From the NCBI GenBank assembly GCA_026025795.1, contig JAPEUG010000027.1, positions 1-64,000 on the forward strand: 64,000 nucleotides of DNA. The letters are read 5' to 3'. The notes beneath the pieces are model-generated. The model saw only the letters and a list, made by a program, of their open reading frames with translations, did no database searches and was not told the DNA's origin. Below are positions 12,886-23,295 of this stretch, piece after piece; the first letter of the stretch is position 1; each line of letters begins with the position of its first letter. The DNA comes from Thelocarpon superellum. Lineage: Eukaryota. The position numbers were made by a program, and so were the translations under genes.

Positions 12886-14343
12886 CTAATCTTCTTCATC
12901 TTTGATCCAAGGTTTTCGACTGTGCAGGAGTCAGCGAACTAAAGATCCTCGGTCGCACGCGGCAGGAAACTCACCAGCAACAACAGCGCTGTCCCTCCTT
13001 GCGCTGAAGCCCGCAAAGTCGATCATTCTCCACACAACCTTTGTGGAAGTTCTGACCACACTCGGCACGACACCATACAAGATCATCATCTGGATCCAGC
13101 GGCTCCAGACAGAAAGCACAGTCGCCATTGATAGGCTTGCGAGAAGTCGTGATCCAAGCCTGTCGACTACGCCAGGAATAAGCCCGTATCCTACCAGGAC
13201 ATTTTTGATGTCGCGAGCAACCAACCAGTATGGACATGACGGCGAGCTGGACTTCTGGGCCTCGACGACGTGCTGCGTTGCCATGCAGCCTTCATGGAAG
13301 TTCTGTCCACAGGTGCCCTCACACCAGACGAGCCGGCTCGTCCCAACGAAGGGCTCGTAACATATGGGACACTCTCCTTCCACTGGCTGGCGTACGGCTG
13401 GCCCAGCGTTAGGTACGGCAACTTGTGAGGCCGCATTCGACGGTGACTGGTCGGGTGTTGAGACAAGTGGCTCGGGGGCCTCATCTTGGGAGACGAGGGT
13501 GGTGCTTGACGTATTGGAGCTGGACTCCCCCGATGCACCCACGCGTGATTCTTGGGCCCGACTGTTTGCACTTTCGCCCGTGGGGCCCGTATCCGAGGAG
13601 CCTCGCTCCGCACTGGCGGATGATGTGGGGGCCTCCGCGCCAGAGGACGATGAGATGCGGGTCGCAATCCTCTCGGCTTCGCTCGTCCAGTCAGGGGAGC
13701 CCCTGGATAATCCTTGGCCTGTCATCACTCCAACCGAGAGGTTGTGGTTGACGCCAGATCCGCCACGTCGCACAGGCGTTGGGCTGGGAGGTGAGTCAAG
13801 TGCGTTGAGACGTGCAGAGAAGGATTCGAGGTCGCGGCTCAACGATGGGCGCGATGACTGCGGAGGAGAGGTCAAGAGGGAGCTGGTGACACTCTGAGTA
13901 GAGAAGCTGCTTGAAGGCGTCGAGGAGCTTCTGGTCGAAGAGGTTGAGGGCGTTGAGGGTGATGGGGAGAGAGCTGGCTGCCGCATCGGAGGTCGAGCGA
14001 GGATCGCTAGGCGTGCTTGATGGTATGCTTCGATCTGAGCGGACCACTTTCTGCTCAATGGAGCCGCTTGAGGTTGGTGGTTCCCCCCGCAGGAGCAGAG
14101 GAGCCAACCTGCCACGTCGAGCAGATGGCCCTTCAGGTCGATTGTGGATGGGTCATGCCTTCCCATGTCCTGGAGAGCCTCCCACGCCTTCCGACGATGT
14201 TTTTCCGCCCGCGGGCGGCGACAGCGTTGACCCGTGCTCGCAGCATGTCCTATGCAGGATCCTTCTCCAAGAGGGTCCAGATCAAGGACGTCCAATGGGT
14301 CCCACGCCATCGACGAGGAGGGTGAGCGAAACACGAAGGCCAT
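12886..14343 (-). CDS. Zinc-finger protein with N-terminal C-x8-C...C-x5-H domain and two tandem C-terminal RING domains
   Basis: CIGHAASTGQRC...LLCSCGGNH. RING1 is CPICYE..LVWCEGTCGQNFHEGC..CPYC; RING2 is CAFCLE..LVWCRAECGQNFHKGC..CCCC. Two introns (~13225-13167, ~12974-12920) restore the frame to ...CRKPWIKDEED*. Confidence 0.8.
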
Positions 14344-15440
14344 GTCGGAGGAACGAGCATTGAGTCGTTGAAAGCACCGAAAGATGGAGAAGAAAGAGTC
14401 GCGGGGAGGCCACTAGATATACTTCTAGTGATCTCTGCAAATGGACTGCCACGAGAGCTCCTACGCAAATCGCCTAGGGTAGGCGGACCGTAGCCTCGCT
14501 ACCACGATCTTCCGTCACCGACAGAGAGAGAGCGCTGATTGGGGCGGGGTCAAGAGACATGGATTGAACTTGGCAGAGCGGACTGCGGCCTGCGCCAGAG
14601 CTCCTCCGCGACACAATGGACAGATTCTTCAGACGGGTGGCTCCCCCGGAAGGGGGCAGTGTGCGCATGTACCAGCGACGAGGTGCCCCGGCTGCCGCCT
14701 CAAGCAGCGATATGAAAGCTTTCATTGGATCACACGGGAGCGGCCGCGTCAGGGCTGCTCAGGGGGCCCTCTGCCCTCTCCAGCCTTTCCATCCCCTGCT
14801 GGGAATTGTACGAGCACTCATCCTATGCACGAATCGTAGCCCTGGTCGGCTGCAGGAGGATGCCCCAAGGCGGAGACGATTTCTCGCCATGCACACTACT
14901 TGTCGTAGCAAGGATGAGCCACACAGGTCGACACAGCGCGGGACCTGCTACCGGCGCTTATGCACCATGAATGGAAGGAAAGAAGAAGGCGGGATAGGTC
15001 GGAACGGACGCGTCGAGGCGAAGCAAAGCAGCACACCCTCAAGACGAAAACCTCATTGCGGTACCCTGCACGTCGTGTTGGAAGGGTTGGCGCCGTCATG
15101 GGTGAAGTGGCAGCTCGTGCGGGATGGCCCCCGGATCCCCGATTTCGTCCCATCATATCCAACCGCCTGTCATTGGGAGCGGCGAGTAGTGAGCGAAGCA
15201 TGCCACGCGGTCTGGGGGTGGCCCCAGCACCTCGACGGCCTCGTCGCAGGTGTCGCGTTCGGCGCCTAAGCGACCCTCCTCGTTCACCTCTTGTCCACCA
15301 ATCCCCAGCCATCCATAGCCCCGCGAAACGCACCCTCTCCATCTTGGCCTCCCCCAAGAGCTGCCGCTCTGTCGATCTTGCCCTCTTCGGGCCGTCGAGG
15401 CTTCTCCCGGTCTCGATCCCACACGTGTCGCTGCGTGTAC

Positions 15441-16565
15441 ATGGCCTCCACCCAGGACGACGAGTTGGGGGCCATTCCGTCTTATCCGCTGTACGGGGTC
15501 TCCTTCACCCTCCATCGCCTATCGCCCCTGTACCAGGACCCGGCGGGGGCAGGCTTGCTCACCAGCTCTGCTTTGGCCTTGCACGGCCGCCGCTTTCGCG
15601 ATCTGCTGAGGGGGGAAGTCCTGCGTGGAGTGCGTGTCGGCCTCGCGGGCGAGAGCGATGATGGCCTACGTAAGGCGGGCGCATTTGTAGATTGCACATG
15701 GACTGTGTTCGGCGACGAGATTCGTTGGGCCCAAACGCACTCATCGCGTCCTGATTCACCCACCGACCTGCAGCAGCCTTCGGCGCCAGCTGATGCCCGC
15801 GGCATCCTGGTGCAGGTTTCATACGAGCAGGCTACCTATACCGCCCTCTTCCTCCGCAGCCCGGAAGACGTGGATCCAACCGACACCGATGGATCCACTC
15901 AGTTGCCGCTGCTGCTCACACGGATGCCCTTGTCCCTACGAGAGACCTTTCTTGACTACCTTGCCACCACGTTTGATACGCGTTTCTCTCCGTTGACCCT
16001 CCGTTCCGACTTTCTCGAGTCCTGTTTTGAGGCCTTCCTCGCGACTCTAACGTCCGTTCCGGCCGGTGAGGCTCATGGCTTACCATCAGAGGCGCTGGCA
16101 AGCATCTTCAGAGATGTCCAAGTGTCGCTGTCATTCCCTGCGCCCGCGGCGCCATCGCTGCGAAGTATGGACGTGACCATCCCGCGAGAAGATGTCCTCA
16201 CCTTTCTCGAAGAAGGCCGGGCGATATACGCATCACAAGATCCGGCCTCTTCAGCACGCCCGCCGCCACCGCCATCTCGTCCAACACGGACATCGGGTCC
16301 CTTCATTGCGGCCTTGTCACAATATCTCCAATGCCATCTGGCTTTACCCATGTCGCATGCCGACGTCAACATCTCCAAGATTGGGTGTGGAGCCTTTCTG
16401 CTTGGGGCTGAAGGGAAGGTCAAGATTGCGCGACCCACGGGCCCTTCTGACGCGGCCGATCCAGTCCGAACCGCCGTAGCTCAACTCGTGGGGAATCTCA
16501 TCCAAAGAGCCCAGGGTACTCCGTTACTGGGCGAACTCTTTGAGGACAGCACCTTGCTTGGATGA
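15441..16565 (+). CDS. FTA1: Kinetochore Sim4 complex subunit Fta1 / CENP-L
   Basis: YPLYGVSFTLHRLSPLY, FRDLLRGEVLRGVRVG, LPLLLTRMPLSLRETFLDYLATTFDTR and ISKIGCGAFLLGAEGKVKI match the fungal CENP-L pattern. Confidence 0.85.
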   Translation: MASTQDDELGAIPSYPLYGVSFTLHRLSPLYQDPAGAGLLTSSALALHGRRFRDLLRGEVLRGVRVGLAGESDDGLRKAGAFVDCTWTVFGDEIRWAQTHSSRPDSPTDLQQPSAPADARGILVQVSYEQATYTALFLRSPEDVDPTDTDGSTQLPLLLTRMPLSLRETFLDYLATTFDTRFSPLTLRSDFLESCFEAFLATLTSVPAGEAHGLPSEALASIFRDVQVSLSFPAPAAPSLRSMDVTIPREDVLTFLEEGRAIYASQDPASSARPPPPPSRPTRTSGPFIAALSQYLQCHLALPMSHADVNISKIGCGAFLLGAEGKVKIARPTGPSDAADPVRTAVAQLVGNLIQRAQGTPLLGELFEDSTLLG

Positions 16566-17004
16566 GACATCATCTTGACTCTCCACCTTCGATCGATACC
16601 CCACACCTACCCTGCACAACCCACGTGTAGTGTCTCTCACAACTGCAGTTGAACAACAACAAGAAACACAAGCAATGACCGTGACTGATCGTGACTATTG
16701 ATGCTCCGGAGGTGACTTTGCAACTCTATTGACTCAACACCTGAGGCACACACACGCAACACAGACCTCCGAGACAGTCTTGAGCGGCGTTCGTCCTCAG
16801 GTTCAGCCGATCCTTTCTTCCTGTCCATCTTTCTCATTCCTTCTGACGTTGACACCTGGCTGTCTCCAAGAATCTGCCCCATGGTTGAAGAGTGATGCGC
16901 AGGATAAAGGAAGGAAATCCAGCATAAAGTGACCCTCCGGCTCCTCATCTCCAAATCCTCCGATCCCCACAATTCCCGTCCCTCTCGTCCCTCCAAGCTC
17001 AGCC

Positions 17005-18546
17005 ATGGCTCGAGCCGCATCCGCGGCAGCGCCCCAGCCGACGGCGCCCGTACCGACTTCGTCGCGGCGCCCCGCCGGCCACGATCAAGATTCAACGCTT
17101 GTTCGTGTGCCCACGACCACGACCACGACCACGTCCACGGAAAAGCCACCCAGCCTGCACCGCTGGAGCCAAGAGGAGAACATGGTCCTTGCCGTACTGT
17201 ACCAATTCACCAACCTGTCCTGGCCCGACATCTTCCAGCGTATGACGCAGGAATTCCGGGACGGGGCCCCCACCATCCCGTCGATGCAGATGCACTGGCA
17301 GGCTATCGCCGCAAAGATGAAGAAGGCTGCACCTCGTCCTGACGCGTCATCGGCCCGTGGCCCCTCTTCGTCGAACCCATATCCCACCTTCGACGACGTC
17401 GCCAGCCTCTCCATCGACGCTCCCGTCGTGGCTGACATCCTCGGGCAGTGGAAGCTGACGCCAGAGCCACGGAATCGGCAGCCCCGACACTGGTGGACAG
17501 ACGAAGAATACCAGACCCTGGCGCTGTTCCGTCTCTTCTCTCACGCCAGCTGGCGACTGGTCACGCAAGCGATGAACCGATGCTTCCATCTGCAACTCTC
17601 CAGCAACACCATGTATGGGCGTTGGCAGAAACTTGTGAGGAATCAGCCAGAAACTCTCGAGACGGCGCGCGAGTTGGGAGTGGCTCACCCGGAAGAAGTC
17701 ACGAGCGTGCTGGCGCAATACGGGCTGCCGTCACAGTTGGATCCTCGGGTCGTCGAGCCTCTCAATCCACTGTTCGTCGTGCCTCGCGATGCTCCTGGTC
17801 CCGCTCCAGCCCGACCCCAGCCGCTCCCAGACCATATCGCGCGCCGCTACCGGGGCCCCCGCCTCCTTCCGCGTCGGCCCAATCCCGAGACAGCGTGGCA
17901 CTACACGGTCGAGAACGACGAATTCATGGGCTGGTACCGCACGCACACGAACATCAGCTGGAAACAGCTCACGATGATCTTCAACCACCAGTTCGACGCC
18001 ACCGTGCCCGTCCTGAGCACCGCCAACCGACTGCTGAGCCGCTACCAGAAGATCAAAGAGCGGGAGAATCTCGTGGGTTTTCACATGGCCTCCCACGCCC
18101 AGTTGGCGTCAGGAAATCAGAGCGGATGGGGATTGGGATTGAACCCGTTGGGCCAGTCTTATCCCTGGGCCGACCTGCATTTCTTCGACGCCTTCTGGGC
18201 CGAGGTGCTGCATGGGCCCGGTGCGGATCTACAGCGACGTCAATCGCAGGCGGGCGACGGCCGTAAGCAGCAGCAACGTCAGCGGGGGGGCCATACACAT
18301 GGCGAAGGACGGGATGCCGAAGCCGCGGGGACGTCGAAGTGGCCGGCGTTAGCACGCCCAGAGGTCCCGCCTTACCGCCTCAAGCTCGATCTTCCGGCCA
18401 TTCGCCACGGGACGGTATCTTCCCTTTCGAATCGTGAACCCGACCCGGACGGTAACGACGGAGATGATGATGATGCAGGACTCAAGTTCCGGCCTCGTCG
18501 TCCATTGGCCATGTCCATCTCGAGCATGTTGAACCCTCTCCCTTGA
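17005..18546 (+). CDS. Putative transcription factor with three degenerate Myb/SANT-like repeats
   Basis: Single-exon 513-aa ORF with repeats HRWSQEENMVL..LSWPDI, HWWTDEEYQTL..ASWRLV and WHYTVENDEFM..ISWKQL; ends MSISSMLNP. Confidence 0.65.
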   Translation: MARAASAAAPQPTAPVPTSSRRPAGHDQDSTLVRVPTTTTTTTSTEKPPSLHRWSQEENMVLAVLYQFTNLSWPDIFQRMTQEFRDGAPTIPSMQMHWQAIAAKMKKAAPRPDASSARGPSSSNPYPTFDDVASLSIDAPVVADILGQWKLTPEPRNRQPRHWWTDEEYQTLALFRLFSHASWRLVTQAMNRCFHLQLSSNTMYGRWQKLVRNQPETLETARELGVAHPEEVTSVLAQYGLPSQLDPRVVEPLNPLFVVPRDAPGPAPARPQPLPDHIARRYRGPRLLPRRPNPETAWHYTVENDEFMGWYRTHTNISWKQLTMIFNHQFDATVPVLSTANRLLSRYQKIKERENLVGFHMASHAQLASGNQSGWGLGLNPLGQSYPWADLHFFDAFWAEVLHGPGADLQRRQSQAGDGRKQQQRQRGGHTHGEGRDAEAAGTSKWPALARPEVPPYRLKLDLPAIRHGTVSSLSNREPDPDGNDGDDDDAGLKFRPRRPLAMSISSMLNPLP

Positions 18547-18840
18547 GACGATGTCTTGGCCCCTAACAAGACGCTACGGCCGGGCTGGTTGTTATTGATC
18601 TCCTCTCGTGAGGTTTCCTCTACGTCTGATAATTAGTTCTCCATCAATGGAATGTTCCATCCTTATTCTATGCGCGTGACCTTTGCCAATATGTGTTTGA
18701 TGAATTTGATGAAACGCATTTTCTGCCAACAGTAAAGTATAGACTGCGAAGGGAAAGGATAGACGCATCGGATGTCAAAATGCCATGCTCGCTCCCCAAT
18801 GTCAAATGCCAAGACCAAGGTGTAAAGGTAAGGAGACCCT

Positions 18841-19593
18841 CTAGCTGCCATTCGTCCCAGCAGCTGCTTGAACAAAATAGTTGGGCGCCCCTAGCCAGTT
18901 AGTTTGCTGGCACATGGCGAGCTCGATTTTGGAACAAGTGGGGAAGGTGGTTTTGTTATCGGGTCGCAGGGCGAAGATCTGGTAGGCAGGGATGTCATCG
19001 GAGCCCGAAGCCCAGCAAGCGTAGAAAGCAGGACCGTTGGGAGACAGCAGCCGTGGAGGATTATCTGCCGTCAAGTTGAATGGTGCACTGATAAAGGCAG
19101 TGTTCGGGTTTGCGTCCTTGGGGGACGAGGTCACCACGCCGGTGAAGTATAATTCCCCTTGCGGCGCGACCAAGACCGGCTGGTAGTTGTAGAGAGAGGA
19201 TTGAATGACATCCTGTCATGTCGTCAGCATCATCTCTTTATCAACGGCCAGTTGCAGTAAGAAACGGCGCGGTACCAGAGTCAAACTGGGGCTTTTCTTG
19301 TTATCGGTGCCCCAGAAATTATACCCGGTGGCGGTGGGGAAGCCGAGACTGGTGAGAAGTTGAAAGATTGAGTTTCCATCCCCGCCTGGTGCGTGTCCAA
19401 TCCAGAAGTGGCTATCGTAAGCTTGGACAGGCTGGTTGTTGAGCTGCTGGACCGCCGTTGCGTTTGCTGCCTCACCATCCGCTGGAGAGACGTTTGTGGC
19501 CGTCATGACGAAGCTTCGTGGTGTCGGTGGCAGTGGAGTTGCCATGACTAACGGCAGCAGAGTCAGTACGGCTGCGAACGTAAGGACCTTCAT
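18841..19593 (-). CDS. Secreted cell-wall protein, PhiA/IgE-binding-protein-like
   Basis: Signal peptide; PVQAYDSHFWIG; intron 19275-19213 joins to QPVLVAPQGELYFT...FYACW...YQIFA...CSKIEL, a pattern typical of this family. Confidence 0.65.
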
Positions 19594-20910
19594 GGTGGGC
19601 TGTGTTGGAAAAGAATTGATTGAGGGTATGGTCTGATATGGACAGTATCTTCCTGTGCGAAGCTATGGCGAGGAGACCTGGGACATTGCACGGCTTTATC
19701 ATTCCAGCCGGCCATGTACGGGACACGATGGAATAGAGGGCTGGTCTCGCATCACCAACTTCCTCACGGATTCCTGCCCCTTTAAGCATGAGGGCCGAAA
19801 GGGATGAGGGGCATGGTGAACAAAGACGTCGCCGGGATATGGAGGAGAGCGGGGGATGAACGGGCGTCGATCCATCACCGGTCGGCGCCATGGACGTCAC
19901 GTATCTCGACGTTTGGCGAAGACATTTAGAAATGACTGGTGCGTGCACGTCATGCATCCACTCAGCAGCAAGAGCTGGCAGAATGAGCATTGTTCTACGT
20001 AGAGTTCCAATGTCGCTTGTGATGGGACCGGTTAGCTAGCCCGCAGTGACGTGGGCATTTGTTTACGTCAGCAAGGGAGCGAACTTGCTGGTAACGACAG
20101 GTCGGGAGGTGGTTCCTTTGTGCAAGTATGGACGGCGGGTTTTGGGGCATGATCTTTCGACAGACGGTCGTTAGGGTAGAGGCAAGTATCCTACAGTAGA
20201 GTCGCTTCGGGCCGTTGTCCGTCATATGGATCTTTGGTACAAGGAACACCGGAGCGTAGAAGACTGCTAACATAGTCTTAGTAAGATATCCTACTCACGA
20301 GTAACATAGTAATGTTGTTCGTACGTGCGATATGGGACTGCCATAACGTCCCTACATCACGTGGAGTACTCGTTCGTCAAGGCCATGTTCCAGGGTCTCC
20401 TCTCAGGGTGGGGAAGAATGGGCACTCGGTTGGCAATGTCTACTCGCTCTTCGACGTGCCCGCTCCGCGAACCGGCCCACTCTCAATTAATTTAATCTTC
20501 GGGCTTTCGTCTCTCTGCCCCTGGATCGACGTTTCAGCCCTCGAAATGGGACCTAAAAGCTGAAGATCCCCTGCCGCTCTGCACGTCGGTTCGCAGTTGC
20601 GAAGATACGGAAGCGCCCAGGATGGACATTCCACGTCAGCCTGGTTGACAAGAGATGGGGCCGATCGGCGCCAAACACGCGGCTGGTAGCTCTCCTACGG
20701 GCATCCTTATCCCGGGGCGGCCATGACAGGGGGAACATACCATCCAACCGAAACACGCCCTGGAGCCGTGGAAGCACTGGTCATGGAAACCAGAAACTCC
20801 CGCTCCCTGTCCCCGAGAAGCCGGGCCGGCTCCGAGTCCTCCATGACCAGTGCCAGGTGCTATTCTGGACTCCTCACGCTGCGCCGGGCCGATCGCAAGT
20901 TACACCTCTA

Positions 20911-20941
20911 CCTTTAGGGTTCCCTTTAGGGTTCCCTTTAG
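20911..20941. repeat. 12-bp tandem repeat (CCTTTAGGGTTC) x 2.6 containing TTAGGG
   Basis: cctttagggttc cctttagggttc cctttag read directly. Confidence 0.8.
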
Positions 20942-21113
20942 ATCGACTCTTGGAGATCTACCTGATGAGCGTGTCGTGATATGTCGTCGCCCTCTTGCCA
21001 CTCCGCCCTATATATAGAGGAAGATCTTGGAAAAGTCGGTCGTGCACCATGGCTGAATATTTTCTCCGACGTATTGACATTACTGCGGATAATCAATCGC
21101 ATTTCATCACATC

Positions 21114-22970
21114 ATGTCTCTTCGTCGAATCCTGACCTTGGGCGTGTTGTGCTTACTGGCACCTAGTCCATCGTTACAAGAAGATGGCGTCTGTGGTGGT
21201 GTGGAGGTGGTCGTGACGACGGTCGTCCCGGTGGGAGACATACCCACGACAACAGCGGACGCACTGGGATCCTCGGCGACTGGAGGGTTTACGTTAAAGG
21301 AGTTTGTGCCGCAGAATTCGAGCAACGGGGAAGCGAGCGGTGCGGGGCTCGGAGCCATCGACGCCGTAAGCGATGGAGGCAGCGGAGCCGTGGACGCGCC
21401 GGCCAACGAGGGGGTCAAAATTACGATCCCCACCTCAGCTTCCGGGTCCCATATCAACGCGATGAAGATTGCGGTGGGCAGCGCTCTGTCCAGCGCCCGC
21501 ATCACCATCCCCACCTCCCTATCCAGCTCGCAGATGAATGCGGTAAAGGAGGCGCTGGGGAACACGACCCTCAACGGCAACACCGTTGAGGTCTCGCCTG
21601 AGGCTATCGCTGCGATTAAGAATGCCGTCGGCGGCGCATCATCGGGCTCGACGGGGACGACGGAGTCCACAAATGCCGCGATTGATGAGATTATGAACGG
21701 GACGGACACGAGTGGAGGGGCGAGTTCGAACGAGGGTACGTCGGGATCGAATGCAGTGGTTGGTTCCAACGAGACGGATGCGTCTGGAACGACCCTCGGT
21801 CCTCCGCCGGCAACCACGGCGGCCATTTCGACGAGCGCCACCAGCACGACATCATCTTCCGCGGCCGCTTCATCGACAGGAACATCTCCAGCCGCCGGCA
21901 CGTCCTCGGGCTCTGCTACCACGTCATCGGGCTCAGCCAGCTCCTCTTCAAGCTCCGCATCGGCCGTGACGCCTACCCACGTTGCCAGTGACTCCATCCC
22001 ACCACGTCCGTCCACGTGGTCGGTGATCTACGATGACCGGTAAGCATTGCTCTCACACCTCCCTCCAAGCTCCTTACTCACAGGCATCTGCAGCTTCTCG
22101 AACATCACCACGGAAAATATCATCAGCAACGCATCGCAGATCGAGGGCTACAACGTCTACTTGCTGAGTTTCTGGACGACCTACGCGCCCATCAAAGACA
22201 ACGTAGACGGGGGCGTGGGCAACGGGTACGGCGGGGCGATGGACAGTATCGAAGCATGGACGCAAATGCCCACCGACCAACGCAAAGCGCTTGTCAAATC
22301 GCTGCACGACGCGAACATTGCCATCACCTTTACCTGCTTCGGGTCGGAAGACGGCCACCCGGACTGGACAATTTTCAACACGACGGCCATGGCAGCGGAA
22401 CTGGCGGAGCTGGTGGTCAACTTCGACCTGGACGGGGTCGACTTCGACTTCGAAGACTTCACCTACATGGAGAACGACCAAGCCGCGACGGAAACTTTCC
22501 TGTCGGACCTGACGCACCAGCTGCGCCTGCTCCTGCCGCGGCCTTACATCATCTCACACTCCGTGCCGACCTCGTTCTTCAACTCCGCGCGCCACTACGG
22601 CAACGGCAGCACCTCGATCCCGAGCCAAGTGGACGACGACATCGACTACTACAACTCGATGATGTACTGGGCGCCCGGTTGCTACGACACATGTGACCAG
22701 GTCTTCGTGCAGAGCGGGGCGGCCTGTCCGGGCGTCAGCATTGGCGAGATCGTCGCGCAGGGCATCATCGCCGAGGACAAACTCCTCGTCGGCATCCCCG
22801 CCGACCCGGCACAGGGCGGCAATAAGTTCTCGGATGGGAACGGCACCGCTCTAGGTCAGTGTCTTGCCTCCGAGGGCACGAGCAAGTACGGCGGCGTCGC
22901 CACCTGGCTTTACTCCCCGGTTTTCATCCCGATGTGGATCGAGAATCTGAGGAAAGCGGCCGGGTGGTAG
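21114..22970 (+). CDS. Secreted GH18 chitinase-like protein with Ser/Thr/Ala-rich N-terminal stalk
   Basis: Signal peptide; ~280-aa low-complexity region; intron 22040-22093; catalytic motif FDLDGVDFDFED (DxxDxDxE); C-terminal GGVATW. Confidence 0.88.
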
Positions 22971-23295
22971 TTGGTCTCGTGCAAGAACCATCTTCCTTCC
23001 GTGCCGGATCTGCATCTCCTCTTCATATTCTGTTCCGCTTATGATATCCTCGAGCGTTGAGGTTGGGTTGGGTGGCATGCATGACGCAGGGCGCGCGGCA
23101 TGCAAACGGAGAACACTGTGATGGATTGATACCTGGAGCATGTCGAATAGCATGCATGCTATGGAAGCATAGAATGGCATAATGGACATGATTAATGCTT
23201 CTTTTCGAAGAACGAGGGCCACCCCCCAGTGGCCTTCGCAGCCAGGTAAAGCGAGTTTTAGATGACCTCCTGCCCGTCTCTTTCGTCACGTCCGT

